A DNA stretch of 32,000 nt from an uncultured Methanobacteriaceae archaeon. Lineage in GTDB: Archaea; Methanobacteriota; Methanobacteria; Methanobacteriales; Methanobacteriaceae. Positions within the stretch are counted from its first letter, which is position 1. Each line of letters begins with the position of its first letter. The position numbers and the translations under genes are program-made. This document shows, piece by piece, positions 9,046-16,989 of the stretch. Location: NCBI GenBank assembly GCA_963698135.1, contig CAVOPP010000012.1, forward strand, positions 112,385 through 144,384, written 5' to 3'. Below the pieces are notes generated by a model. That model worked only from the letters and a program-made list of their open reading frames with translations, was not told the origin of the DNA and searched no databases.

Positions 9046-12000
9046 GTGATTAAAGACAAAAAAATTCTCGTGGTAGGGGCTGGGAATGCAGGACGTCCAG
9101 CAGCGAATCTTTTAAATTATTTAGGCAACCAGGTAAGGGTCTCCGACTTTAAAGATTACAATTCACTTCCTAAAAAAGCCAGAAATAAAATTAAAGAACT
9201 GGAAAAGAAGGGAATTAATTTTGAATTAGGCACCCACATATTTGACAGTGTGTTATGGGCTGATGCTATTTTTGTATCCCCTAATATTCCAGCAGATTCT
9301 GATATAAGGAAATTTATTGAAAATTCCCGGTCTAAAAATGATATTAAAGAAATAACAACTTCTGATATAGGTGAAATATTAAATAACCTCATAAAATTAC
9401 CCATGGTGGGTATCGCCGGGACAGATGGTAAAACCACCACCACCAACATGATAAATCACGTTTTAAAATCAGAATCTTTCCGCACACTGGTATTTTCTTC
9501 CCTGCAGGATTCTCTGGTTATTGAGGGTCTGGTGGACATGGTAGTTAATGAAGAAACCCAAAGTAAAGATTTTGCTATTTTTGAACTACCACACGGAACC
9601 ATTCGCATGGCCCAGGGACTGGAAATATGCGCCGGTGTTTTAACCAACCTCACCCCGGACCACATGGATGAATTTAAAAATTATGAAGATTACATCGGTC
9701 GAAACTTTTCTATTAAAGACCTGGTTCACCCGGCAGGGATATTAATTGCCAATGGAGACGACCCCATAATAAACCAGCGATTAAATCAAATAGACACGGA
9801 ATATATTTTATATGGCCTGGGAACACCTCAAACCATAGAATTCAATGGACAAACTTATCCTCCGGCGGAAGTTAATCTGGATATATTCGCCGAGAATATA
9901 AAACTCAATGGAATGGATGGAACTTCATTTGATGTTGTTTCCACGGGTCTCCCCACAGCAATTTGTAAAAATTGTGGAGAAATTATCTGTAATTGTGGAA
10001 ATTTCCAGAGGAAAATAGTGGAATCCTTTAAAATAAATATAACTCTCAATGTACCTGGTTTCTTTAATATCGAAAACGCACTATCATCCATGGCCACGGC
10101 CCTGGTTCTTGGGTTTGAAATGGATTACATAAAAGATAAGCTGGAGTCTTTCAATGGGGTAAAGGGCCGTTTTGAAAAAATTGACCACCTGGATGGAGTT
10201 AATATTTTCATGGATGCCGCCCACAATCCGGAAAGTATGGAAAAGTTATTTGAAGGTTTAAAGGTTCCGGGACGTTTAATTGTAAGTCTGGATAATCCTG
10301 ACACTTTGACTGTCCGTGATAAGTTTAAAATAGGTTCTATTTTAGGGAAAAACTGTGACGTGGTCATAGCCAGTGCTAAAAACGAAACCACAGAAGTGAT
10401 TGATATTGAAGCTGCCCAGGAAGTGGCTGCCGGATCAAAAACCACCGAAACATATCTCACGGAAAATGTGGTGAAATCCATTTCCAAAGCTCTGGAAATT
10501 TCTTCTCCCGGTGATACTATACTACACATAGGTCCTGGGGTGGTTAATGCCTATTCCAGTGTAAAAAATGATATTATTAATGCTATTAAGTCATTTAAAG
10601 ATTCTAAAGGGAAAGTAGTGGTTATTGGGGGTTGTGGAACAGTAGGTAGTTTAATGGCCCGGGTTTTAAACAACCACGGCGCAGAGGTCACTGTTTCTGA
10701 TTCAGCTCATCAAACACCTCTCCAGGCTGTTTTTGCCCAGGAAGGAATAAAACTGGATCTGGGAGGTCATGACCCTGATGTTTTAGCCCAGGCAGATACG
10801 GTTGCAGTAGCTCCCAGCCTGATGGAAAATGATGCACTCCTGGAAGACATTAAATCAAAGTCTGATGCAGATATTATCAGTGTAAACGAAATTTTAAGCT
10901 TCTTTAAGGTTGAAAAACCAGTGGTGGGTATAACCGGAACTAATGGTAAAACCACCACCACCCAAATGCTTAAAAATATTCTTAAAATTGCTGGACTCAA
11001 CATACCGGAGCATTTTATGAATATACAGGGAAATACAGAACTCATACCAGCATTACAATCTCGATTGAAAGGAGATGCCGCGGTGGTGGAAATAGGAACC
11101 TTTGGCAGGGCCCATGAAATCAAAAATTCGGCCTTAAACTGCGAAGTATCTGTGGGACTAATTACCAATGTATCCCGGGATCATCTGGACGAGGAAAATG
11201 ATTTTATAGAATATATTAACTGTAAAAAAGAAATGGTGGATGTGGCAGATATTCTGGTGCTAAATGCCGATGATCCACTGGTGGCCAACTTTGCCGGGGA
11301 CATACATCCCTATAATGTGATATTTTATGGTATTAAAGGCCTGGAAATGGAATTAAATTCATTTCCAGAGGGAAGGGAATGTCCCTTATGTGAAAACATC
11401 CTGAAATACAACGAACATTATCTGGGGCATCTGGGAGATTATCGCTGTGCTTGTGGATATAAACGCCCTGAAATAGATGTTATAGCTACTCAGGTCACCG
11501 ATAACTCTTTTAAATTAATCATTGGTTCTAATTCTGCCCGGGTACACCTTAAAACCGGCGGGATATGCAACGTTTATAATGCCCTGGCTGCGGCCTCAGC
11601 TGCCATTGTTATGGGCATTGATTTTGTGGATATAGTGGCCGGCATTGAAGAATTTGAAGGTGTGGACGGTCGGTTTGAAAAGATTTGTGAAAACCCAGAA
11701 ATCATTATTGATTTTGCCCACAACCCGGCCGGGGTAAAGGCAGCTATACAGGCTATTTGCCCTGCTCCAGAGTCGCGATTGATTGTGATAAATACCATAT
11801 CTTCAGAAAGTGGTCTGGTAGGGGATCGTGAAATTGCACAGATTTTAAATAGTGCGGATATGGTGATTCCAGCTTCCTATGCCGCCCGAGAATCCTCAAA
11901 TATTATTAAAAAAGATATAATTTTTGTACAGGCCAGTAAAGAAAAAGCAAAGATTGGCACTTTAGGGGCCAGCAAAAAACAGGTTTTTGAAGCCATTGAA

Positions 12001-12099
12001 AAAGCACTGGAAATTGTTAATGATAACGACGTAATTTTAATCATTGGAGAAGGAGGAGTCAAGTATTCAAAAGAAATTTTGGAAGAAATCAGCATTTAA
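9046..12099 (+). CDS. Tandem double Mur ligase (two complete Rossmann + ATPase + C-terminal modules in one 1017-aa polypeptide)
   Basis: Module 1: ILVVGAGNAGRPAA, GIAGTDGKTTTT, LTNLTPDHMDEF, FNGVKGRFEKI, MDAAHNPES. Module 2: VVVIGGCGTVGSLMA, GITGTNGKTTTT, ITNVSRDHLDEE, FEGVDGRFEKI, IDFAHNPAG. No stop lies between the modules. The GTG start is 4 nt after the upstream stop. Confidence 0.8.
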   Translation: MIKDKKILVVGAGNAGRPAANLLNYLGNQVRVSDFKDYNSLPKKARNKIKELEKKGINFELGTHIFDSVLWADAIFVSPNIPADSDIRKFIENSRSKNDIKEITTSDIGEILNNLIKLPMVGIAGTDGKTTTTNMINHVLKSESFRTLVFSSLQDSLVIEGLVDMVVNEETQSKDFAIFELPHGTIRMAQGLEICAGVLTNLTPDHMDEFKNYEDYIGRNFSIKDLVHPAGILIANGDDPIINQRLNQIDTEYILYGLGTPQTIEFNGQTYPPAEVNLDIFAENIKLNGMDGTSFDVVSTGLPTAICKNCGEIICNCGNFQRKIVESFKINITLNVPGFFNIENALSSMATALVLGFEMDYIKDKLESFNGVKGRFEKIDHLDGVNIFMDAAHNPESMEKLFEGLKVPGRLIVSLDNPDTLTVRDKFKIGSILGKNCDVVIASAKNETTEVIDIEAAQEVAAGSKTTETYLTENVVKSISKALEISSPGDTILHIGPGVVNAYSSVKNDIINAIKSFKDSKGKVVVIGGCGTVGSLMARVLNNHGAEVTVSDSAHQTPLQAVFAQEGIKLDLGGHDPDVLAQADTVAVAPSLMENDALLEDIKSKSDADIISVNEILSFFKVEKPVVGITGTNGKTTTTQMLKNILKIAGLNIPEHFMNIQGNTELIPALQSRLKGDAAVVEIGTFGRAHEIKNSALNCEVSVGLITNVSRDHLDEENDFIEYINCKKEMVDVADILVLNADDPLVANFAGDIHPYNVIFYGIKGLEMELNSFPEGRECPLCENILKYNEHYLGHLGDYRCACGYKRPEIDVIATQVTDNSFKLIIGSNSARVHLKTGGICNVYNALAAASAAIVMGIDFVDIVAGIEEFEGVDGRFEKICENPEIIIDFAHNPAGVKAAIQAICPAPESRLIVINTISSESGLVGDREIAQILNSADMVIPASYAARESSNIIKKDIIFVQASKEKAKIGTLGASKKQVFEAIEKALEIVNDNDVILIIGEGGVKYSKEILEEISI

Positions 12100-13252
12100 A
12101 ATATTTATTGCCATCATATTACTGGCCATAGTTCTAGTTCCTCTGGGAATATACCTGGAGAAATTTAATTCACCTCAAAAAGCTGAGGAAATAACCAGTA
12201 TGAGTATTGGTGATACGGTAGTTGCTGGAATGGATGTGGTAGATGATAGTAAAATAAGGAAGGTTCCGGTTATTAGCCATCCCGCCTATCTTATTGATTA
12301 TGCTAAGGATTTAAGGTTCATGGATTTAACTGAATCACTGATAACTGGAGTGGTCAAAACACCTATTTCTCAAATAACCAGTGGCAGTGTTTCCCGATAT
12401 GGGGTGGCCCAGGGATTTGACGGTCCAGGGATGCTTACAGTCAGTGCCGATAAATTAGTGGTAGAATCCCCCCAGACATTTGTTTGGGGTTTTAAAACAC
12501 CTTACACTTATGGGGTTAAAACCGAAAGTGGATTAGATATTGTAGAAAATAATAAAACCATCAAAACCGTAGCTTATGACAATATTAATAATGATACGGT
12601 TCCTCACGAATATCTTACTGTTAAATTCCTGAAAAAATGGTATGATGATGCCGATAATGGTGATAAGGTAGCCATTGATTATGCATTGAGTAATTTCAGT
12701 GATGGAAGAAACAAAGTTGTTCCCTCTAAAATTAAGGAATTCTTTGGAGAATCCACGGTAGATTACATGGAAAATTATCCGGCAGGTTCTCCAGTCATGG
12801 CCTACATGAATGGTTACTCGGCGATAAATGCTTCCAGTGCTGTTAGTTTCCTGGGTTCTTATCCACAATACGATGATTCTAAAAGAGCATATAATGCCCG
12901 GGCTTTTGCTGCGGCCTGGAATGGAACCATAATCCCGGCTAATACGGTTTCGTCTGGTAAAGAAACTGTAGGTTTTACTTCATCCAGGGACCCTGAAGCT
13001 CCGGGGGGCTATGCTTCCCACGGTTCCTGCCCACCGGCCAGGGCCCTGAGAGCAGTAAGTGCTGATGCAGGATTTCCACTGCCTTCAGGTATGACCTGGG
13101 AATTCCACGCCGTATTATTTGGGTTTAACCCGGCCACCGGGATAAAGGTTCAAAATACTGGTGATAATCCGGTAAAAATAATTATGTGGACCACCGGATC
13201 TGGTGGAAATACTAAGATATATGCCAAAATGGTTGAATTAGTTCCTAACTAA
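12044..13252 (+). CDS. N-terminally membrane-anchored extracytoplasmic protein with a distant VanW-like C-terminal region; start codon uncertain
   Basis: 402-aa ORF with a single TM helix (AFKIFIAIILLAIVLVPLGIYL). The C-terminal blocks IIPANTVSSGKETVGF ... GSCPPARALRAVSADAGF ... GIKVQNTGDNPVKIIMWTT...TKIYAKMVEL parallel the VanW pattern (pGe.fSf...GGGiCq.sstLyna...aG...dlkfkN....pilI.a.....l.v.iyg). The TTG start at 12044 overlaps the upstream gene by 56 nt. GGAGGAG at 12052-12058 could instead serve a rare ATT start at 12065. Confidence 0.5.
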   Translation: MEKEESSIQKKFWKKSAFKIFIAIILLAIVLVPLGIYLEKFNSPQKAEEITSMSIGDTVVAGMDVVDDSKIRKVPVISHPAYLIDYAKDLRFMDLTESLITGVVKTPISQITSGSVSRYGVAQGFDGPGMLTVSADKLVVESPQTFVWGFKTPYTYGVKTESGLDIVENNKTIKTVAYDNINNDTVPHEYLTVKFLKKWYDDADNGDKVAIDYALSNFSDGRNKVVPSKIKEFFGESTVDYMENYPAGSPVMAYMNGYSAINASSAVSFLGSYPQYDDSKRAYNARAFAAAWNGTIIPANTVSSGKETVGFTSSRDPEAPGGYASHGSCPPARALRAVSADAGFPLPSGMTWEFHAVLFGFNPATGIKVQNTGDNPVKIIMWTTGSGGNTKIYAKMVELVPN

Positions 13253-13281
13253 TTCTATTTTATTTTTTTTAGAGGTTTAAA

Positions 13282-13953
13282 ATGACTCTTTCTGTATCTG
13301 CCATAGTAACTGCTGCTGGGAAAAATAGGCGCATGCAAGAGGACCAGAATGCTAGAGAATTTCCCCGTAAAAATAAGCTTCTTTTAGATATTCAGGGGAA
13401 ACCAGTTATTTTACATACCCTGGAAAGAGTTCTTAACTCTGGTGTTGAGGAATGTGTGGTTGTTTTGGGCCATTTTAAAAGTGAATTAAGGGATATTTTA
13501 GATAATCTGGATGATGAAAGAATTCGGGTGGTGGAAAACAATCCAGAAAACGTTCCACTTTCCCAATCCCTTCTTAATGGTGTTAAAAACTCTAAATATG
13601 ATATATGTCTTTGTGCTGCTGGGGACCAGCCCACAGTAACCACCAGAACATTTTCCAACCTCATTGATAAAGTAAAATCACATAAAAACCCGGATAATAT
13701 CCTATCAGTTCTTTCCAGAATGGAGAATGGCTATTTAAATTCTGCAGAAGGTCTAGGAATGCCTTTTTGCTGTCACCGGGATATTCTAAAGAAATATTTG
13801 CCCCAGTACTCCAGTAACATTAATCCTATTTTAAGGGAAATGATTAAAAATAATGTGGTATTTTATGGATTGGAATGTGAAAACGAACTTGAACTGATCA
13901 ATATAAATAGATTAAAGGACTATGAGCTTATTTTAAGTAATTTTAAAGATTAA
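13282..13953 (+). CDS. MobA/MocA-like nucleotidyltransferase (NTP_transf_3 type)
   Basis: 223 aa. AIVTAAGKNRRM...KLLLDIQGKPVILHTLERVL is the G-rich NTP-binding loop with a 13-aa insert. CLCAAGDQPTVT is the DQP motif of this family. A GAGGT ribosome-binding site lies upstream. Confidence 0.75.
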   Translation: MTLSVSAIVTAAGKNRRMQEDQNAREFPRKNKLLLDIQGKPVILHTLERVLNSGVEECVVVLGHFKSELRDILDNLDDERIRVVENNPENVPLSQSLLNGVKNSKYDICLCAAGDQPTVTTRTFSNLIDKVKSHKNPDNILSVLSRMENGYLNSAEGLGMPFCCHRDILKKYLPQYSSNINPILREMIKNNVVFYGLECENELELININRLKDYELILSNFKD

Positions 13954-13958
13954 TTCTA

Positions 13959-13965
13959 TTTTTTT
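13959..13965 (+). terminator. Oligo-T tract (T7) just after the operon's last stop codon
   Basis: The sequence taattctatttttttag follows the TAA at 13951-13953. Archaeal transcription termination typically occurs at oligo-T tracts. Confidence 0.4.
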
Positions 13966-14052
13966 AGTTTATTTTTTATTAAAATTGAATATTGTAAATT
14001 TTGAATCATTAATTTATTTTTATTTAAAAATAGAATGTAAATTATAACATTG

Positions 14053-14111
14053 ATTGCAGGTCCACCTGGTAGAACAAGGTTAAATTTTTAACCGCGTAAA
14101 TGGACCTGCAA
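14053..14111. other. GC-rich nested hairpin (possible small structured RNA or termination element)
   Basis: There is a perfect 11-bp inverted repeat, ttgcaggtcca (14053-14063) / tggacctgcaa (14101-14111). It encloses a second 6-bp stem (ggttaa / ttaacc around an AT loop). It is the only GC-rich island in an otherwise AT-rich convergent intergenic region. Confidence 0.3.
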
Positions 14112-14299
14112 AACTACTATGATTTTAAGTGTTATTAATGTATCCCTATTTTCGGATTTATTCGTGATTTTAATTTTTATTAATTCAATATTATCCGATT
14201 TAATATCAAAAAATAGTCCATTAATTGGGGGGTTATATTCAAGTTATATCAATTTGAAATTGTAATCAGATATTCTCAATTATTTTTGTTTATTTAAAT

Positions 14300-14332
14300 A
14301 AAAAAAATAATAATAAGTTTTAAAAAACTTAT
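14300..14332 (-). terminator. Hairpin plus U8 terminator-like element downstream of the DUF169 gene
   Basis: On the minus strand, AUAAGUUUU-UU-AAAACUUAU (14332-14313) is followed by UAUUA and U8 (14307-14300). It lies 10 nt after the stop codon. Confidence 0.45.
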
Positions 14333-14341
14333 ATAGTAGAT

Positions 14342-15028
14342 TTAAACCGTTTCATTTAGCGCATTAACCACGCAACCAATGTTTTCGGCATTTAAACCTA
14401 CAATGACTTCGTCATCTTTTATGTCGGCAAATTTACGTGATCCACTGCATCCCAGGGTAATATTGGCAGTTTTTCTTAAAAACGGCCCGGCCACGGCATC
14501 AGCACAAATTGACTGTATTCCGGCGAAATCTGATTCCACACGACCACCCAGGGTATAAATCAGGGCCTGTGATAATTTCATGGCCTGTGCTGGGTTGGAG
14601 ATAATCACTATTACGTCCGGGTGGAAATTGGCCTTTTCCAGTGGGGCATAGACTAGGGCGTACATCATATTTTCTATTTTAGGAATAGCATCCATGGTTC
14701 TTTTGGCAGATCCAATACTGGAAAATCTTCCCAGTTCATAGTAAAATTCACCGGTTTTTACTTTTTCTGGTGCATCCATAAGTCCTATGGCGGTAGCTCC
14801 CCCTTTACAAAGTTGTTCATCTGCGGTAGCATAGAATATTTCGCCCTGGGCCGCTTTTTGTACCATTTCGCAGTGGCGAACTTTTTCTGATATTTTTTCA
14901 ATATCATCGGGCAGGTCTTTTTCCCTTAAAACAAATTTAATGGCCACAGGAGACTTTTCTAAACCTAGTAAATTTTTAATGCTATCTGAAACTTCATCAT
15001 ATCCACTAACTTCGCATTTGTTTTCCAT
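14342..15028 (-). CDS. DUF169 (COG2043) family protein
   Basis: 228 aa. The N-terminal LLGLEKSPVAIKF motif, the conserved CxG (LCKGGA) and the GCSGSRKF near the C-terminus are as I recall for DUF169. Confidence 0.75.
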   Translation of the reverse strand: MENKCEVSGYDEVSDSIKNLLGLEKSPVAIKFVLREKDLPDDIEKISEKVRHCEMVQKAAQGEIFYATADEQLCKGGATAIGLMDAPEKVKTGEFYYELGRFSSIGSAKRTMDAIPKIENMMYALVYAPLEKANFHPDVIVIISNPAQAMKLSQALIYTLGGRVESDFAGIQSICADAVAGPFLRKTANITLGCSGSRKFADIKDDEVIVGLNAENIGCVVNALNETV

Positions 15029-15144
15029 ATTTTCACCATTTCATACTTTGTTGTTTTCCACCATAAATTTTCGCAAATTACAATTGTTATAAATAATTGA
15101 AAAAAATTATCGTCCACTGAAGATTTTAATATTCTTCTGACAAA

Positions 15145-15327
15145 TTATAGGTCGAGGGTCCATCCCACGTCGTATCGGGCCCCACAGGTGGGACAGATAA
15201 GAATAATTTTATAATGTGATTTTTCTTTTAATAGGGATGTATGAAAACCCAGTTCATAACCGCAGTTGGGACAAACTCTAAACTCGTCAGAAACTTCAAT
15301 ATTCTCTATAGTCTCAAAAGCTTTCAT
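15145..15327 (-). CDS. Zinc-ribbon miniprotein
   Basis: 60 aa with two CPxCG knuckles (CPNCGYE ... CPTCGAR). Confidence 0.55.
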   Translation of the reverse strand: MKAFETIENIEVSDEFRVCPNCGYELGFHTSLLKEKSHYKIILICPTCGARYDVGWTLDL

Positions 15328-15497
15328 GGAATAATATTTAAATTAATTTATTAATTAATTTTCTCATATAATTCAATAAATCATGATTTAAGAAATCAAA
15401 TTAATTTTATCATTGATTTAATTCATCTTAAAGGAATTTATTATACAATAATCTGACGCAAAAATTATGGTATATAGATAACATAATTAAATTATAA

Positions 15498-15505
15498 GGG
15501 GGGTG
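15498..15505 (+). promoter_or_regulatory. Shine-Dalgarno-like site (GGGGGGTG) for the 15513 ORF
   Basis: It lies 7 nt upstream of the ATG at 15513. Confidence 0.5.
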
Positions 15506-15512
15506 TGCGAAT

Positions 15513-15788
15513 ATGGTTTATGTAATTGCACAACTAAAACTAGAAAGTTATGATAAGTGGAAGCCTGTTTTCGATGAAAGATCAGCTATACGCAAAGAAA
15601 AGGGCTCTAAAGAAGCTCGTCTCTTCCGTAACTCCGACGACCACAATGAAGTCATGATTTTATTTGAATGGGACAATATTGAAAACGCAAGAAATTATAT
15701 GGAATCAGAAGCTTTAAGAAAAACACTAGAAAAAGAAGGGGCCACATATACTAGTACTTACCTTGATGAACTTGAAAAAACGTTTTAA
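15513..15788 (+). CDS. Small alpha+beta protein, possibly of the ABM/Dabb ferredoxin-like fold
   Basis: 91 aa with a strong ribosome-binding site. The size and beta-alpha-beta pattern (VYVIAQLKL...VMILFEWDNIENARNYM) resemble monooxygenase-like or stress-responsive small barrels. The assignment is weak. Confidence 0.45.
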   Translation: MVYVIAQLKLESYDKWKPVFDERSAIRKEKGSKEARLFRNSDDHNEVMILFEWDNIENARNYMESEALRKTLEKEGATYTSTYLDELEKTF

Positions 15789-15802
15789 ATTACATTCAAT
15801 TA

Positions 15803-15812
15803 TTTTTTTTTT
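15803..15812 (+). terminator. Oligo-T tract (T10)
   Basis: Ten consecutive T begin 15 nt after the TAA at 15786-15788. Confidence 0.5.
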
Positions 15813-15937
15813 AAAAAATACAAATTTTTTTATAATTATTCTACTTTATGAATTTTCTTCCTAATTTCAATATAAATTATGATTCCATTTTTACTTCAAT
15901 ATGTATAATAAAGAATAATAAAAAAAGAAAAAATAAG

Positions 15938-16921
15938 TTAAATACGGTAACTAGCCCGGTGGCTTGCCCGAGAAAGCTTAATTTCTGGGTTTTCTCCCAT
16001 ATCTGGCTTTTTAAAGAAGGCCATGTGAACTATGGATTCATTCCACACGAGGCCGGATCCCACAGAAACTTTATTTTCAAATCTATAATCCTCTCCATGA
16101 CCAACTGATGGATAAGAAGCCTGCTGGGACTGGGAGACAATTTTCATGAAATCATGGGCATTTTCTTTTATTTTAGTGTTGGATTTCTTTTCTTCCAGTA
16201 TGGCATCCAGTGCATAGCTTTTTACCAGTTTGTGGTGGTAGTTTCCATAACTTGCTTTGTTGTATAAAACTTCCATTCCCATTACCTCTCCATTTATAAT
16301 GAATAGGGCCCCATTCTGATCTTCTTCCAGTTCAAATGACTTCAAATAATCTTCCAGAAGATTTTCGCGAGATGAATAAATGTCTCTAAGTGCACTGGTT
16401 TTTGAATTGACCTGGGCTCTATGGGATGTTTCTCTTATTTCCTCCCACACTTCACCTTGATTGGATTGGAAATTCTTCATGGTTTTCAGTGATTGGTTAA
16501 CTGACGCGGATTTAGCTCTTCTTACACGGGAAGAGGCCACGTGCATGGAATCAGCGAACTCTGAGGATTGATAGGACCAGCGGCCCTGTTCGGTACAGCT
16601 TACCGGAACAATAGTCTCAGAATTTTCTTTTAGGAGTATAGTGGTATTTAAAATTCTATTCTGCTTGGCCCCTATCAGCTCTTCACCATCAAGGAGTAAT
16701 ACTGGAGTGGAAGCTTTATTAACCACTTTTAAATTAGGAACTGATCCTGACTTATCCACCTCAGTTATGCTAATCATATCTGATGCCAGGGCTTCCCCCA
16801 GACTCAAGAAATTATGGTTTATTTTTTCCGGGGCTTTTAAAGGTACCAGGGCCATATTTTTATATTCTTGAGCATCTCCTATTTCTATTTTTGATAAAAA
16901 ATCTTTTACTAAAGTTTCCAT
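15938..16921 (-). CDS. DUF6569 / 'ARPP-1'-like protein, function unknown
   Basis: 327 aa. The block LVPL...FLSLGEAL....ISITEV...GSVPNLKVVNKASTPVLLLDGEELIGAKQNRILNTTILL....ETIVPVSCTEQGRW matches my memory of the family annotated as DUF6569/ARPP-1. The name is recalled, not searched. Confidence 0.55.
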   Translation of the reverse strand: METLVKDFLSKIEIGDAQEYKNMALVPLKAPEKINHNFLSLGEALASDMISITEVDKSGSVPNLKVVNKASTPVLLLDGEELIGAKQNRILNTTILLKENSETIVPVSCTEQGRWSYQSSEFADSMHVASSRVRRAKSASVNQSLKTMKNFQSNQGEVWEEIRETSHRAQVNSKTSALRDIYSSRENLLEDYLKSFELEEDQNGALFIINGEVMGMEVLYNKASYGNYHHKLVKSYALDAILEEKKSNTKIKENAHDFMKIVSQSQQASYPSVGHGEDYRFENKVSVGSGLVWNESIVHMAFFKKPDMGENPEIKLSRASHRASYRI

Positions 16922-16989
16922 ATTATTCCCCCTTTATTCCCCATTTATTTCTTCTTTATTCCTTCTTTATTCCAGTCATGATTTCATTT

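Noticed and set aside
9156-12095. Seven minus-strand track ORFs (9156..9449, 9456..9665, 9855..10097, 10125..10529, 10767..11168, 11574..11798, 11877..12095) antisense to the double Mur ligase.
   Set aside because: They lie entirely inside a plus-strand gene with duplicated, unmistakable Mur-ligase motifs. Their translations are Ser/Pro/Ile-rich with no recognisable motif or ribosome-binding site. This is typical shadow-ORF behaviour.
14053-14111. The GC-rich hairpin as a tRNA or tRNA fragment (a possible att site).
   Set aside because: It is only about 59 nt with two stems, has no T-loop (GTTCRA) or D-loop consensus, and cannot form a cloverleaf.
15848-16108. The 86-aa plus-strand ORF overlapping the 3' end of the DUF6569-like gene.
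   Set aside because: It is low-complexity and Asn/Ile/Lys-rich, has no ribosome-binding site, starts in an oligo-T terminator region and overlaps a better-supported gene.
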